64,000 nucleotides of DNA from Azolla caroliniana (Eukaryota > Plantae > Polypodiophyta). The position numbers and the translations under genes were made by a program. The notes under the pieces are model-generated. The model did not search any database and was not told the origin of the DNA. It was given only the letters and a program-made list of their open reading frames with translations. Each line of letters starts with the position of its first letter. The stretch's first letter is position 1. The stretch spans positions 1,674,001 through 1,738,000 of the forward strand of contig JBHGNT010000011.1 of the NCBI GenBank assembly GCA_043228905.1, in the 5' to 3' direction. This document shows, piece by piece, positions 39,401-52,430 of this stretch.

Positions 39401-42400
39401 GAGGGGATATGCTTGTCCCTCCAGAAAAATGTGGATATATTATAACGGTATGCTTGTGGATTCACTAATCTACTGGGCAACAGCATTGACTATGAATAAT
39501 CATATTTGGCCAGTAGAACTTTTAATCTAACTATGTTAAGCTATCTTTCAGCAGTAAAGTATAATGACAGGCCAACAATGTTGAAAAAGGAAATGTGTAA
39601 ATAGATATTCTTTCAAATTTTGACAAAATGACCGTGTTTAAGAAAGAATATATATACCGTGTCTAATTCAGTTATGAGAGCTTCCTCTCGAGCTTGGGCA
39701 TCTAGGATTTCCCTCCTAAGAGTAAGAGACTCTGATAAAGATGCATAAGCGTCTTGCTTGGATCGTTTTGATGTTGCAGAAGCTCGTAAACAAGCTAGCT
39801 GATCTGAAATGGCAACAATCTCCTCAGTCATTTTCTTCTCCTTTTCTTTTGCACCTAGTTGTACCTCCCTTAATTTTTCAAGAGCTTTTTCATTCTCCAT
39901 CTATAAACAAAAAGAATATTATTGGGATGAGTCATAAAAAATCTGACAAATCAAATCCAAAATATACTAATAACAAACTAACCTGGTATCCTTTTATCAG
40001 AGACTCTTGTTCTTCTATTTCTTGGCGCAAACGTTTCAAGTCTTCCTTTGTAAGTGATACCTCTTCCCCTCTTGCTAAACGATGTCTAGGGTTTTCCATA
40101 TTAAGCTTCTGAAAATGGTTTCAATGATTAATATTTTGGATAAAGGGAGCCGAATTTAACATGCAATTTCACAGAGATGCACAGAATTATATTCAGTTAT
40201 CATATTATCTGCTGCATGTACAATTTAAAACCTGCAGTTGTGCAGACAGTGCATGTTTCTCTTTTTGGAGTTCCCGAAACTTGCTCTCCCAAATTTTTTG
40301 TTTCTGCTGCAACATCTTTGCACTTTCCTGACGGAAAGTACCGAGTTGTTGTGCCACAGCATGCTTTAAACTCCTCTCTTTTGTAACCTGAACTTTAAGA
40401 TCTGAGATCTGTGAAAAAACATCAATAGATATTATGAACGAGAACCAAACACATACTCCACAACATAAGAATGAGAGATAAATACCCTCTTTTGTAACTC
40501 AGAAATTGTACTAGTAGTTCTGTTGCCATTAACGGGTATAACAGCAGAGTTTGACATATTCATGGATTGATTCGAATGCAACGAAGTAACCTGTAATTTC
40601 CGGGAATGAAACAGATAAAATGGCCTCCAAAAGAAATAGCATAAGCTGCAAAGGTTCATGTATCTGCAGAGTATTCATAGCAATAATATTTTCTAACTCC
40701 AATCCCATTTTAGAGCGGATATTTTGCAATTATGCTAAAAGGTCTTTCTTCTAAGCATATCAAGCAAATCAGTTCTGTTAAATCAAGAGAAATAGACAAC
40801 ATTTTTTATGTATCTTTCAAGAATGAAGCAAATAGTTGAATCTTACAAATCTTGGAAGAAGAAGAAAGAAAGATATATTAACGTCTTTTAAGAGGCCAAA
40901 ATGGCCTATAAGACCAAATAAGAGATTACATCTTAAGTGTTGTGTCTCGTCTTTGAGAACAAATCAAAATAAAATAAATATTACACAGTAAATATAAAAG
41001 TAAATAAGATGAAAAGAAAAGAAACGAGGGAATCTGGTTTTTGGCACATGCGAGATTCTCACGTTGGGTATATTGTAGCTTTTGTCTTCGAAGAGAAAAC
41101 GGAGTCTAATAGAAAACACCAAAAGACAAATAAATTGAAGTCTCTATAGAAGAAATCAAACTTAAGACAAGGATGCTATGCAATGGTATATTTGCATTCA
41201 TGGATATACTGATTGGCACAATATTATAAGAAGCCTGATATTTGAGCTTCCAATTCAAGTGGAGACATCTTTTCCAGATTAATTTGGAACAGAAATGAGA
41301 CATGCAAAAAACCATGGAAAATTTAAACAGAATCAGAAAGCTTTGTTCTATCAATGGAACTACTTTCTATAATCTTCATCCTATCCTTTCAACAATTCTT
41401 CTGATGTAGAACCAAGTACGCCTCTTTATCCAAATAAGCCTTTTGATACCAGCTCTATTCCTGGCTTATCTTTGACCAAGATGTCAAAGTTCTAAGCAAT
41501 GTAAACGCATCTTTGAACTATGAAAATGAGTTCAATGGGAAACCTACGAAGGATGTTTGGGATGACCTTATGAATGCCAACAGTTGCTAGTGACAGATGG
41601 AGGATATTTTAAACAGCACAGATGAGGAAACAGCCTTTGTTGAAGAAATCAACCTATGGAGCTCATTGAGGATGAGGAAAAAGCACCTGGCGTGGAGGTT
41701 GTTGGTGAATTTTCTTCGACCTTCTGCACAAAGGAGATTATCATTGAACTACTGCTACATGGGAGAGCGGACAGCTACATTTTGGCCCACCTCAAGCTTA
41801 GTCAAGGAAAATGTTCTGAGGGAATATCCACCAGGAATGACATACATGTTGGAAATCCTCAACTACCAAATAGAGAAACAAGTAATCCTGCTCATCTGAA
41901 AACACAATGAGGTCCACCTCTATTTCTCTCTCCATCTCTTTGTTGCACCACACTTAATCTATTGAGCACTACAGGTTCAATGACCACTCCAGAACAGAAA
42001 AGAAACTGCTATGAAGACCAATTCTCATGATACATACCCTATACAGAAAACAAAAGAAGTGACTTGATATAGAAATGGGGCAGCAACATTCAGCACTACA
42101 GGTCCAATGACCAATCCAGAACAGAAAAGAAACTGCTATGAAGACCAATTCTCATGATACATACCATTTACAGAAAACAAAAGAAATGACTTGATATAGA
42201 AATGGGGCAGCAACATTCAGCAGATATGGCAATGATTGGTACCTTTCTTTTATTTCTTAGGTTGGATCTTTAATCTAAATGTTAGTACTTTGAATCTCTT
42301 ATCGTAGGTGCACGGTTAGATATTGTATTATCATGTCCTAAAAGCTTTGGATTATACTGAACTTCTTGTTGCAGTACTCCTAAGGCTGCTGAGGATGCAA

Positions 42401-44689
42401 ACTAATGCTCATCAAAATTTAAACAGGATTGACTTATTTATTTTCTGTGTCTTGTGGGGTTGTTTATATCATCATTTTGAATTAAGACCTCTCAAATGCT
42501 TTCCTTTTACTACACTGAAAATAAATGTGGGTACTGTCAGAAGTGTTTGGTAATGAAAAGTTGGGTTCACAATCAAAGGTGCCTAGGGAGTCCACCTTTA
42601 TATTTTACCCATAGTTAGCCGGTTGAATTAGTGGCAACTCATTTATAATGGCAACCTTTCACTATTATTAGTTTACTTTTGCAACTTTTTGTTTTGCCCC
42701 AACTATAGTGAAGATCTATGTGCTTCAACATTTCTTGACTCGATTGCTCACACAATATTTTTCTACTTTACTTCACCAGGAATTGGTTCCTCAAAATACC
42801 AAACGTGTTTATTGAGCTTAATCGATTTCATCAAGAACCAGAAAGAAAGAAAGAAAGATATATCAACGTCTTTTACGAGGCCAAAATGGCCTATACGACG
42901 AAAGAAGAGATTACAACAAATCAAAATAAAATAAATATTACTCTAAATATAAAAGAGAAAATGGCATGCACTAGCCTTTTTAACAAGGTCAAGAAACTTG
43001 GCATCTGTTTTGGCGGGAATTTCTTCTTTCTGTAAACAATGCAGCAATGCATCATTAGAGACTGAAGACTGACCTGAATATGAAAAGAAAAGGAAATTAT
43101 TACATTCCAAACAAAATGAAATATGCTCAAACAACAGTTTTATGGTACAATCTACACCTTAAAATAGTCCCTTTTATTCTTCAAACATATGTCTTTGTCT
43201 TACATTTATGAACATGTCTCTGGGACAAACTTTCTACATGTTGCAATCTAGATGTTTCAATGGCATCTACATCCAAATGACCATCATTTTGGGCAATTGG
43301 CATTTTTCCATAATTTTCTGACCCGATATTTATTTCCATGTCTGCTCTGCCAAAACTTACCGGCTCATTAGCGTTTTCAACTCTGTTCACACCATAAAAC
43401 GTTTAACTAATATGAGGAAATACAAAAAAATGGCCACTCCAGTAGTCTTTAAACTGATGTTCAAACTCTAAAGTTAAATTCAATTAAAGCCCAAGGTAGT
43501 TATCAAACATCCTGCTTTGGTGTGACTAATTTAAGGCCATTATTACCATCTAAAAATATCCTGATTTGAATTCTCTGATTCAAGAAATTTTGGCATTCAA
43601 TAATCCAATCAGTTTCAGTGCAAGTGTACGAATTATTCATATTCATTAAACTTGGTGTTTTTAACATCATGACAAGGAATAAAAAGTCACGCACGATACT
43701 AGCACATTTCGAAACTCTTGCTAGCAAATGGCACATCACACAATGCAACCCCTTGCTGTTACTAGGCATCCAGAAACTCATCATCTCTGAACTCCTATTT
43801 TAGAGACTCTTGCTAATATGGCATATTACACAACGAACCCCCTTGCATTCAGAAACTTGTCATCTTTGACCTCCTAATTTAGAAACTCTTGCTCGCACAT
43901 GACACATCACACAGCAGACCCCTTAGTGTTACGAGGCATCCAGAAACTCATCATCTCTGATCTCCTACTTGGAGATTCCACAGACCGTATCTCATGAAAC
44001 CTTACACCAATTATCAAGTGCCTCTTGTCCATCTATCCACTCCATGCATCAGATTCCTAATACCACTTTGTACGTTCTGTGAACAAAGGTATTATGTTAT
44101 AGCATAAATGAACACATATATTAATGAAGATAATGGTTTATCCCTAGCCTAATTGACTGCATTAATGTATGATTAACTGTGTCTGTAACATATACACCAT
44201 AGCTATCCACTCTCGCTGACTGAATAGCATCCATGAGTTAATGACCTATATCCGACCTAACTGACTCCATTAACATACAAGTACATGTATGTTCATAACA
44301 TACCACCATATGATAACCCTAACTTACAATGCCTACTGGATACTCCCTCTGCAAGTTACCACCAAGAAACCCTTCCTCATAGTCCTGCCCACATCAAGGC
44401 ACGTTTGTTGGACTATTGCCTCAAATAATGTATGAACTATCAGTGCCAAAAGATTAACATCCTCCCAAGACGATAGCCACAAAGATGGAGGCATGCCCTC
44501 TTTTAAATTTTCTGACACATTTAACATCATATGTCACGCAAGGAGGCTTGGATAATGTTAAGATTCTACAACTGTTTGAAAGTGAAGGAAATACAAAGCA
44601 CACATGTATATATAGATGTATGTGTATGCATGTACATGTTTGTGTGTCTGTATATATGCACGTATATGTATGTCGATGTATATAACACA

Positions 44690-44721
<32 letters not shown>

Positions 44722-47427
44722 CGCGTATGAACGAATACTTGTATGCAAAATTTCAAATCAAGGAAAGCTGATTTAACCTGAAGTCCTGTAAAATGTCATT
44801 AAGATACAATTGAGAGGATTCAAAGTGCAAATCCTTATCTCCACAGATATGGTTGCTTCCATCCTTTTTTAAATCTCTGTACATGAATGATCAGATGTGA
44901 ACACATGTCAGGAAAAGATACTGATTTTAAATTGCAGAAGGAGTATTTAACCTTGGTTCCTATTATGTTTAGCATGTTGGTTTGACACTGATCACTGAGA
45001 ACCAAAAAGTCTTCCATCAGGATATCCCATTTATTGTACTTATGTATTTATATGCACCAGTAATACAAAGAAAATGGAAGACACTGATCACTCTTTTTAT
45101 CTGTAAGACTATAAAACTTCATACATCAAAACACGTGCACCATTGCAAGGATTAAATATCGATGTTCATGTAAAGAAAGAATACAAAGTCTTTTCTTGTA
45201 TCTTGACAAATTTGATTTCCTGATTCAAAAAGTATGGCAAAAATCAATTTTCTGTTAACAAGATCTATCATGCTATTTAAACTCCATGTATACCCTTCGA
45301 AGTTTGAACCACTTAAGCAGATGTCACCCAAGTTCGTTACTTTACTTTCCAAATCTGACATTGAGCAAGCATAATCATGAAAACCAATCTGCATCAGTTT
45401 TTTACCTGTCAAATTAACAGCTCAAAATTAATAAATAACATGACACAGTGACCACATAAATCTTATTGTAAATGGAAACAATCAGTTGAAAACACCTTAC
45501 TTCATAGACTTACAACATCAAAAGAAAAACTCTTGCATTGAAAGCCACGAATTTCATCACTAATTTGTAATCAAAATGTTACTCTAGCATTTGCTCAAGT
45601 AATCACAGTAAAGTTCTTGTATAAATCCATGGGGTCTCAGGTCTTGGGTCGTGGCACATGGGTTATGATCCTCAATGTCCAAAATTTATCATGCAATAAT
45701 AGTCACTTGCCAGTGTCTAGTGGCCACAGCCAGTCTGTATGGATTAAAAACTTGGTTATTCTCATTAGTATCAAGAAATATTTAAGAGTAGAAAAAAATC
45801 TGAAATCTCATCCTGAGATGTAGGAAAGAAGAGGTCAGCGGGATGCCAATACCAGTACGAAAGTGACATCTCATCTTCAAATATAGGAGTGACGAGGTAG
45901 GAGAGATAACATTAGGTTCCTTAGTATAAAAAAGGATACAACACTACAAATTCAAAAAGCAGTCGTGGTTCTGAATCAGAATTTGCCAATTAGATCTACA
46001 ATAATCAACTAGATCCATTTGTTAATTACTAGATAAAACCTAAACCAGAATAGAACATATCTAAAGTGGCAGGTTCTAGCCATAACAATGCTATGATATA
46101 CCGAGTTCAACCTAAAAGGGATGCATTATAGCAGCCTCAGAAGAACTGTACATTAAGAGCAAGACGACTTCATCATATCAACCAACTAAAAACAACAGTT
46201 ATATAAAGGTTTGCAACTGAAAAATGAGCTCTTGCTTACCATCGATTGAACGAACCATGGATTTCCCCGTATTATCCATACGTTTGGAATCTGAATCACC
46301 AGAAATGCTACTGTAGCCATATCCAAAAGACAGTGTTCCTCTACATACAAATGTCAATATTCAAATGAACGTTTGGACTTTGTCCATATTTAAAAAGAAC
46401 TTCTTGCTCAATTTTTTCAACCATCTCAAAGGTCAAGCATCAATGTTCTTCTTTTGAAAACAAAGCTTATCAATAAAAAAATTTAGCATCCAGTTCAATC
46501 TTTTTATAGCTTTCAATGTATCTCATAGGGAAACCATAAATGTTTGTTTCTTGCAAATATCTTATAATACCCATGTGAGAACAAGGTTAGAACACCAACA
46601 AGAAAGTAAAGTAAGAATAACCTTTAAGTATTTAATAAACATCATTTTATTTTCTTTCAAACAATACACAACTACCTGAAAACACACTTAGATCCAGGAA
46701 GCAATTATGGTTGGAATAAATGGCCATAACTATGTAATAAATAACCATACAAAGATAATATATACTTTCTTCAAAGAAACCTCATGAGAAATCTGATAAT
46801 GAATACAGATTGAATTGAAATGAACAAACAAACCTGTGTGATGAAACTCTTCGCATATCTGGTGTTCCTGAAGGCTCTGGAGAATGAAGCCTATTTGAAG
46901 GACTAGAAATCTGCACAGATCATAGAAAAAAAAATTGAAGATAACCTTTCTAGTGAAAAAATCTATGTTAATAACTATAAAGGAGAAACTTCTCCAAAAT
47001 ACCTCGAATTTTTGTTTAGCTCCCCACATGCCCCCTAAATTTTCACTATTCCACCCAATTCCCTTGGTTAACCCAAAAGACCGCATGTTTTCATCATTTC
47101 TTCATATGCCCTTGTTTGTTCCTATCTACAGCAATTACACGTGCTATTTGAGCAAATACTGCTGTCAATACATCTCATTTTCCCTCCTTTCTTTCTTTTT
47201 CTTTTTTGAGGTTGACACGGGGAAATAATGAAAACTCGGGATTAAAGAAAAACCGTGGGCATTTCATAGCTTTTCCAGAGTCAGAAATGTTTTTGCATTC
47301 AATCGGCACATAAACAATGTAATATGGTAATACGTAAGTTAAATCAGCACACAGAGAGAGAGAATGACAATGGGTTGAAATCGTAGAAGCATACATGGAG
47401 CTCGACAGGAGGAGGCAGGACATCCAT
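33492..47427 (-). CDS. CEP162: CEP162-like centrosomal/ciliary transition-zone coiled-coil protein (multi-exon)
   Basis: Phase-consistent exons read by eye: 47395-47427 (MDVLPPPVELH, context AAACCATGG), 46834-46910, 46240-46340, unresolved exons 43200-45410, 42976-43073, 40486-40590, 40232-40408, 39983-40108, 39658-39900, 38345-38548, 36358-36597, 36141-36272, 35902-36019, 35611-35819, 34908-35043, 34650-34722, 34073-34139, 33492-33782. The motifs EIEEQESLIKGYQ|MENEK and KWE..KNSEIERFKLELEAIL resemble, from memory, CEP162's QETLLQGYQQENERL and KNRELEKFRTELDSIL. Confidence 0.78.
38880..39480 (+). mobile_element. Highly decayed Ty3/gypsy pol fragment in a CEP162 intron
   Basis: DGKLMCGMSILQEFEFNIFHMP resembles the gypsy RNase H end (GRLARW..LQEF.F.I.H.PG). 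Confidence 0.5.
40860..42955. repeat. Dispersed ~120-bp direct repeat (40860-41000 and 42840-42955) bracketing most of one intron
   Basis: AAGAAAGAAAGATATAT.AACGTCTTTTA.GAGGCCAAAATGGCCTATA...ACAAATCAAAATAAAATAAATATTAC occurs twice. Confidence 0.85.
41965..42222. repeat. ~127-bp tandem duplication
   Basis: AGCACTACAGGT.CAATGACCA.TCCAGAACAGAAAAGAAACTGC...GCAACATTC occurs twice. Confidence 0.93.
43710..43970. repeat. ~80-92-bp tandem repeat, 3 copies
   Basis: GA(A/G)ACTCTTGCT...CAGAAACT...CATCT recurs at ~43711, 43803 and 43882. Confidence 0.85.
44050..44275 (-). mobile_element. Possible small LTR remnant with PBS-like site
   Basis: Minus strand TGTTAATGG...CGTACA followed by AAG TGGTATTAG. 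No partner LTR or TSD found. Confidence 0.3.
44695..44721. repeat. (GT)n microsatellite in an alternating purine-pyrimidine tract
   Basis: About 13 TG units within the 44600-44745 TA/TG-rich stretch. Confidence 0.9.
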
Positions 47428-47504
47428 GGTTTCCTTCCTTCCTTCCTTCCTCTGCAAGAATTAACTCCTCCACACTCTCTGTTCATTCACTCCCTGTCTT
47501 GTTG

Positions 47505-47598
47505 TTTCTTGGTTTGAACCAGATTCCTTCTGATTCCAACCTCTCCCTTTGCTTAGATTCCAATTTCTTGGTTTGAACCCAGATTCCTTGTGATTGCA
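47505..47598. repeat. ~59-bp-period duplication upstream of the CEP162 start codon
   Basis: TTTCTTGGTTTGAACC(C)AGATTCCTT.TGATT.CAA occurs twice. Confidence 0.85.
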
Positions 47599-48044
47599 AA
47601 ACAAACAATTTGCTTGAACATTTCTAGTCCGCATTGGCTTTAGAGCTAATCCCAAAGGCAAACACCTCTAATTGTTGAGAGACAAGTTCAACATCGGCCG
47701 GATCGGCTGAAGAAGCCGAGGACCCGATCGGTTAGGCCGAGTACATAAACCGGGAGGCCGTTAGGAAAGATATTCCGTGAGGAATATATTTGGGAGTTAG
47801 TGTAGGAGCTCTTGATGAGCATTGAAGTACTGTCAGTACTTCGGTCAGTCCTTCTAGGACTTGTATAAAAGTGCTCACTGAGCACGTCTTATGTACAGAT
47901 TGAGTATTATTGTTGAATATAGTTTTTTGTGTTTCTCTCTCTGTCTCTCCTGTGTATACCGTGTAAGCTCAAGCTCTCCATTAAACCTGAGTTTCCTCTC
48001 TTCTGTTCGGTCTTCATACTTGCTTCCGCACATTTCTTTCTACA

Positions 48045-48056
48045 TGGTATCAGAGC
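48045..48056 (+). other. Primer-binding site complementary to the initiator tRNA-Met 3' end
   Basis: TGGTATCAGAGC directly after the LTR-terminal CA. Confidence 0.95.
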
Positions 48057-48128
48057 GCGAGGGTTGAGAACCTCTCTGCAGCCGACACAGCTTGATGAAG
48101 AAGAACAAGAAGAACGATGGATAGAGGC

Positions 48129-51100
48129 ATGGCAAGCTCGCTTCCAACAGAGAAGCTCGACAGAACCAACTACGCGTCTTGGTCCTACAAGATGCACCAG
48201 TACCTGCTCGGGCACGGCTACTGGAGTTATGTCGAAGGAGCTAATGACGCGGCACCCGAATCGACACACAGAGACTTCCCGTCGTGGGAGCAATCGGCGA
48301 GCAGGGTACTATACTGCTTCGCGTCGTGTGTGGGCGAACAGCTACTGAGCTATGTTCGGGATGCAAAGACGCCGAAGGGTGCGTGGGAAAATCTGAAGAA
48401 GATTTTCGCCGCGAGCACCACAGCCAAGAAGCTTCAGCTCCAACAGGAGTTGAGCAACCTACGACAACACGACTTGTCGGTGGTGGACTATACCTCGAAG
48501 ATCAAGGATATCTGCGACTCCCTCGCCTCCATAGAGGTGAACATCGAGGAGAGCGAGATGGTCCAGATCTGTCTCAGAGGTTTGGCGTCGAAGTTCGGAG
48601 CGTTCCGAACGGCTGTGTGTACCCGGGAGAATACGTCGTCCTTTTTCGACTTACAGTCGATGCTCTTGGTAGAGGAGAACCACGCGGGTGCGTCGACAAG
48701 CACGCACACCGACAGCAAGATGTTGTACAAGGAGGGAGAAAGGCCCCGTGGTCGTGGCGGATGAGGCGAGTCGGTACGCAATGGAAGCGGCCGACGAGAT
48801 CAAGGAAGATGGCACCGAAGTATTGCCGACAGCAACTCCGGACCCTCCGGAAACAGGGGGAGTCGAAGCGATGAGAACCGGCAAGGGAAGTCCATCGCGG
48901 AGTGTTGGTACTGTGGCAAGAAAGGCCACAAGGAAAGTGAGTGCTGGAAGAAGCGCGCCGATTCGGAGAGAAATGGCTCCAAAAATACCGACAAGGGAAA
49001 TCGGCAACAATCGCACTACGCCGAAGACTCCGGGAGAGCCGGAGAAGGATCTGCCTTCGTGTCGAGACACGAAGCAAACTCAATGAAATAGAGCACCCTG
49101 AGATCGGACGAGGTGTGGTACGTAGACTCCGGCGCGTCAAACCACATGACGTGCCATAAGGAGTGGTTCTCGTACCTTGAAAAACCGATATAACCGGGAG
49201 TAGTCGCAATAGGAGACGACACTCCGCATCCGATCGCGAATGTCGAAGAAGTTCCCCTTAGCCATGTCGAGCAGAAAGGGAAACTCATGAACGTGTTGCA
49301 CGTTCCGACAATCACGAAGAACTTGGTCTCGGTCGGACAGATCGTCAACCAAGGGATGGAGGTTTGGTTTACACACCTCGGGTGCTTCATTGAGGAAGAA
49401 GGCCGTGTGATTGCGCAAGGGCGCAGAGACGAGAGGATGTTCATCCTCGATTCCACTGACGGCGGCACCGCAATGTTCGCAAAGGGACAAAAGACCAAGT
49501 CGGACATTGACTTGTGGCACAAGCGGGTAGGCCACGTCAACTACCAGCAGCTTCAAGATCTGCAAATGAAATAGGTAGTGTTCGGATTGCCCAAATTTAG
49601 TGGCCGACAGGCACAAATTTGTGAAGCCTGCCAGCTCGGGAAGCAACACCGACTTCCCTTCCCCAACGAGCGAAACCGGAATCGGAACAAGCTCGACCTT
49701 ATACACTCCGATGTATGGCGGCCGGCACAAAACGTTAGTCTTTGCGGGAGCCGATATTTCGTCTCCTTCATCGACGACCACACGCGGCACACGTGGATCT
49801 ACCTCATTGAGAGGAAGAGCGAAGTCTTCGACTGTTTCCGGGACCTCAAAGGGTTCGTGGAAGCCGAAACGGGACGAAAGATCAAGTGCCTGCGGTCGGA
49901 TGGCGGAAAAGAATACTTTTCCGGTCAATTCAACGGTTACCTACAACAAATGGGAATTCGCCGTGAATTCAATTGTAGATACACACCAGAGCAGAACGGC
50001 GTGGCCGAGAGAAAGAATCGGTCGATTGTGGAAGCGGCACGGGCAATGCTGGAGGAGAAGAGCTTGCCCAAGTTCTACTGGGCCGAGGCGGTAAGGACCG
50101 CAGTATACATCCAGAACCGGATCGGAGACAAAGTGTCGGCGCACGAGCTATATTTCGGAACGAAGCCGAACTTGCAACACTTGAGGGTGTTCGGTAGCAT
50201 TGCGTATGTGCATGTACCGAAGGAGAAAAGGAGGAAGCTGGACGCAAAGGCCGAGAAGTGCATCTTGGTCGGTTACTCGGACGAACAGAAGGGTTATAAG
50301 TGCTATAACCCTCGCACCAAACAAGCGCGTGTCAGCCGCGACGTTGTGTTTGACGAGTCTGCGTCCTGGTACCTGCCCCCGACTACGAACCCCGACTCCA
50401 ATCCGAGCTCTGACGATGAGGTCAGCGAGGCCGAGATGCCTTTGGGTGAACCCGAAATCGAGACCCGCGAAGAGAGTCCGATTTCACTCCGGTTAAGTGG
50501 ACCAATTGGACGACTGAGTCGGTACGACCAGTCCGATGAAGAGCTAGCGAGCAGTGGAGACTCGGCCGTGCATTCCCCGCGCAGGAAGCCGAGGAGACGG
50601 CTTACGCGCAAAGAGAAAGGGAAGAAGAAGGTGTCGGATTTCGGCACGGAAAGGAACGAGTCAGACTGACGCGAGTCCAACTCCGAGGGAACCGGTGACG
50701 GGTCTTTAAAGGTGAAGGCCGCGTCGACTGAGAAGGCCTCGACATCGGCTAATGTGAGATTACGCCGATCTACCCGCCAGAAGAATCCTGTTTTGCGGTT
50801 CGGATACAACGAGTACACGGCACATCATTATGCATACATGACCCGTGTAGCGGAAGTGCGTGAGCCGGAGAGCTACGCAGAAGCGGCTAAAGACGCAAAT
50901 TGGCGTGCCGCGATGGAGGAAGAGATGCACACATTGGTGGAGAACGAGACCTGGGACCTGGATGACGCACCGAAGGGTGTGAAGCCGATCGGGTGTAGGT
51001 GGGTGTATAAGGTCAAGTACAACACCGATGGCTCGGTCAACCAGTACAAGGCTTGGCTAGTGGCAAAGGGCTACGCGCAGAAACACGGCATTGACTACGA

Positions 51101-52430
51101 TGAGACGTTTGCGCCGGTCGCGAAAATGACGACCGTCCGTGTTTTGCTCGCAGTAGCCGCGGCCAAGGGGTGGCACTTACATCAAATGGATGTAAAGAAT
51201 GCGTTCCTACAAGGTGACCTTGAGGAACAAGTGTACATGGTACAGCCCCCCAGATTTCACTCTGGAATGAACTCCTCAGCAGTATGCCGACTGAAGAAGT
51301 CCCTTTACGGACTGAAGCAAGCCCCGCGTGCCTGGAACGCGAAGATCACGCAACAACTGCGTCGAATGGGCTTCGTCACGTCAAAATCAGACTCTTCCTT
51401 GTTCATCCGGAAAGGTCGACTCGGACCGGTTAGTATTCTACTATATGTTGATGACTTGGTCATCACCGGCGCCGACCTAGGTGAAATCGACCGCGTGAAG
51501 CTCCAGCTTGCGGCATCGTTCGACATGAAGGATCTGGGGGACCTTCATTACTTCCTCGGGATCGAAGTGATCCGTACCCCCGAAGGCATATTGATCAGCC
51601 AACGTCATTACATGCTGAGTATGCTCTTCAAGCTCGGGATGGCCGACTGTAAGTCCGTCTCGACTCCTCTGGACAGAACCGTCAAGCTTCGTCCCGATAC
51701 GGGAAAGGTATGCGACCCGACGAGGTTCCGACAAATTGTCGGAAGTCTCATATACTTGACCATCACCCGACGCGACCTCAGTTATCCGGTCGGAGTGATC
51801 AGTCAGTTCATGGCGCGACCTACCGAGGAGCACCTTCAGTGTGCGGAACGCATACTGCGGTATGTAAGTGGCACTAAGGACCGAGGACTGCTATATCGGA
51901 CCGGTGCAGCCGTGCAGTTAGTCGGCTACACCGATGCTGATTGGGCTGGCAACGCCGCCGATCGCCGATCCACGTCCGGATACGCGTTCTCCCTCGGGAG
52001 TGCCGTGATCGCGTGGAGCAGTAAGAAGCAGCCGACAGTTGCCCTGTCGAGCACCGAAGCTGAGTACCGAGGAGCGGCTGTCGCGACATGCGAAGCCATA
52101 TGGTTGAAGCGGCTACTTAAGGACCTGCAAGAGGAGGTGTCAGATCCGACGACGATCTACTGCGACAACCTCAGCAACATCCAGCTTGCGAAGAACCCCG
52201 TCTTCCACGCACGAACCAAGCACATTGAGGTGCACTACCATTTCGTTCGTGAGCGTGTCCTTTCCGGTGAAGTCGAACTTCAGTACGTTCCGATGGATCG
52301 GCAGACTGCCGACATCTTCACCAAGCCTCTTGGTCTGGACAAGTTGCGGCAATTCTCAGGTGCGCTCGGGTTGCGTCACCTCGATGTGCCGAACTTGAGG
52401 GGGAGAACAGTACCGAATGACCAAGCATGA
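48129..52430 (+). pseudogene. gag-pol polyprotein (gag, CCHC knuckle, protease, integrase, RT, RNase H) in one frame with point stops
   Basis: ORFs 48117, 49287, 49578 and 50712 share one frame. Motifs: CWYCGKKGHKESEC, YVDSGASNHM, SFIDDHTRH, QMDVKNAFL, LYVDDL, YTDADW. Stops at 48762, 49089, 49191, 49572, 50667 and 52428. Confidence 0.95.

Noticed and set aside
52428-52430. Programmed stop-codon readthrough into the tail
   Set aside because: Copy 3 is open at this position and the element has several similar point stops, so a CGA>TGA mutation is simpler.
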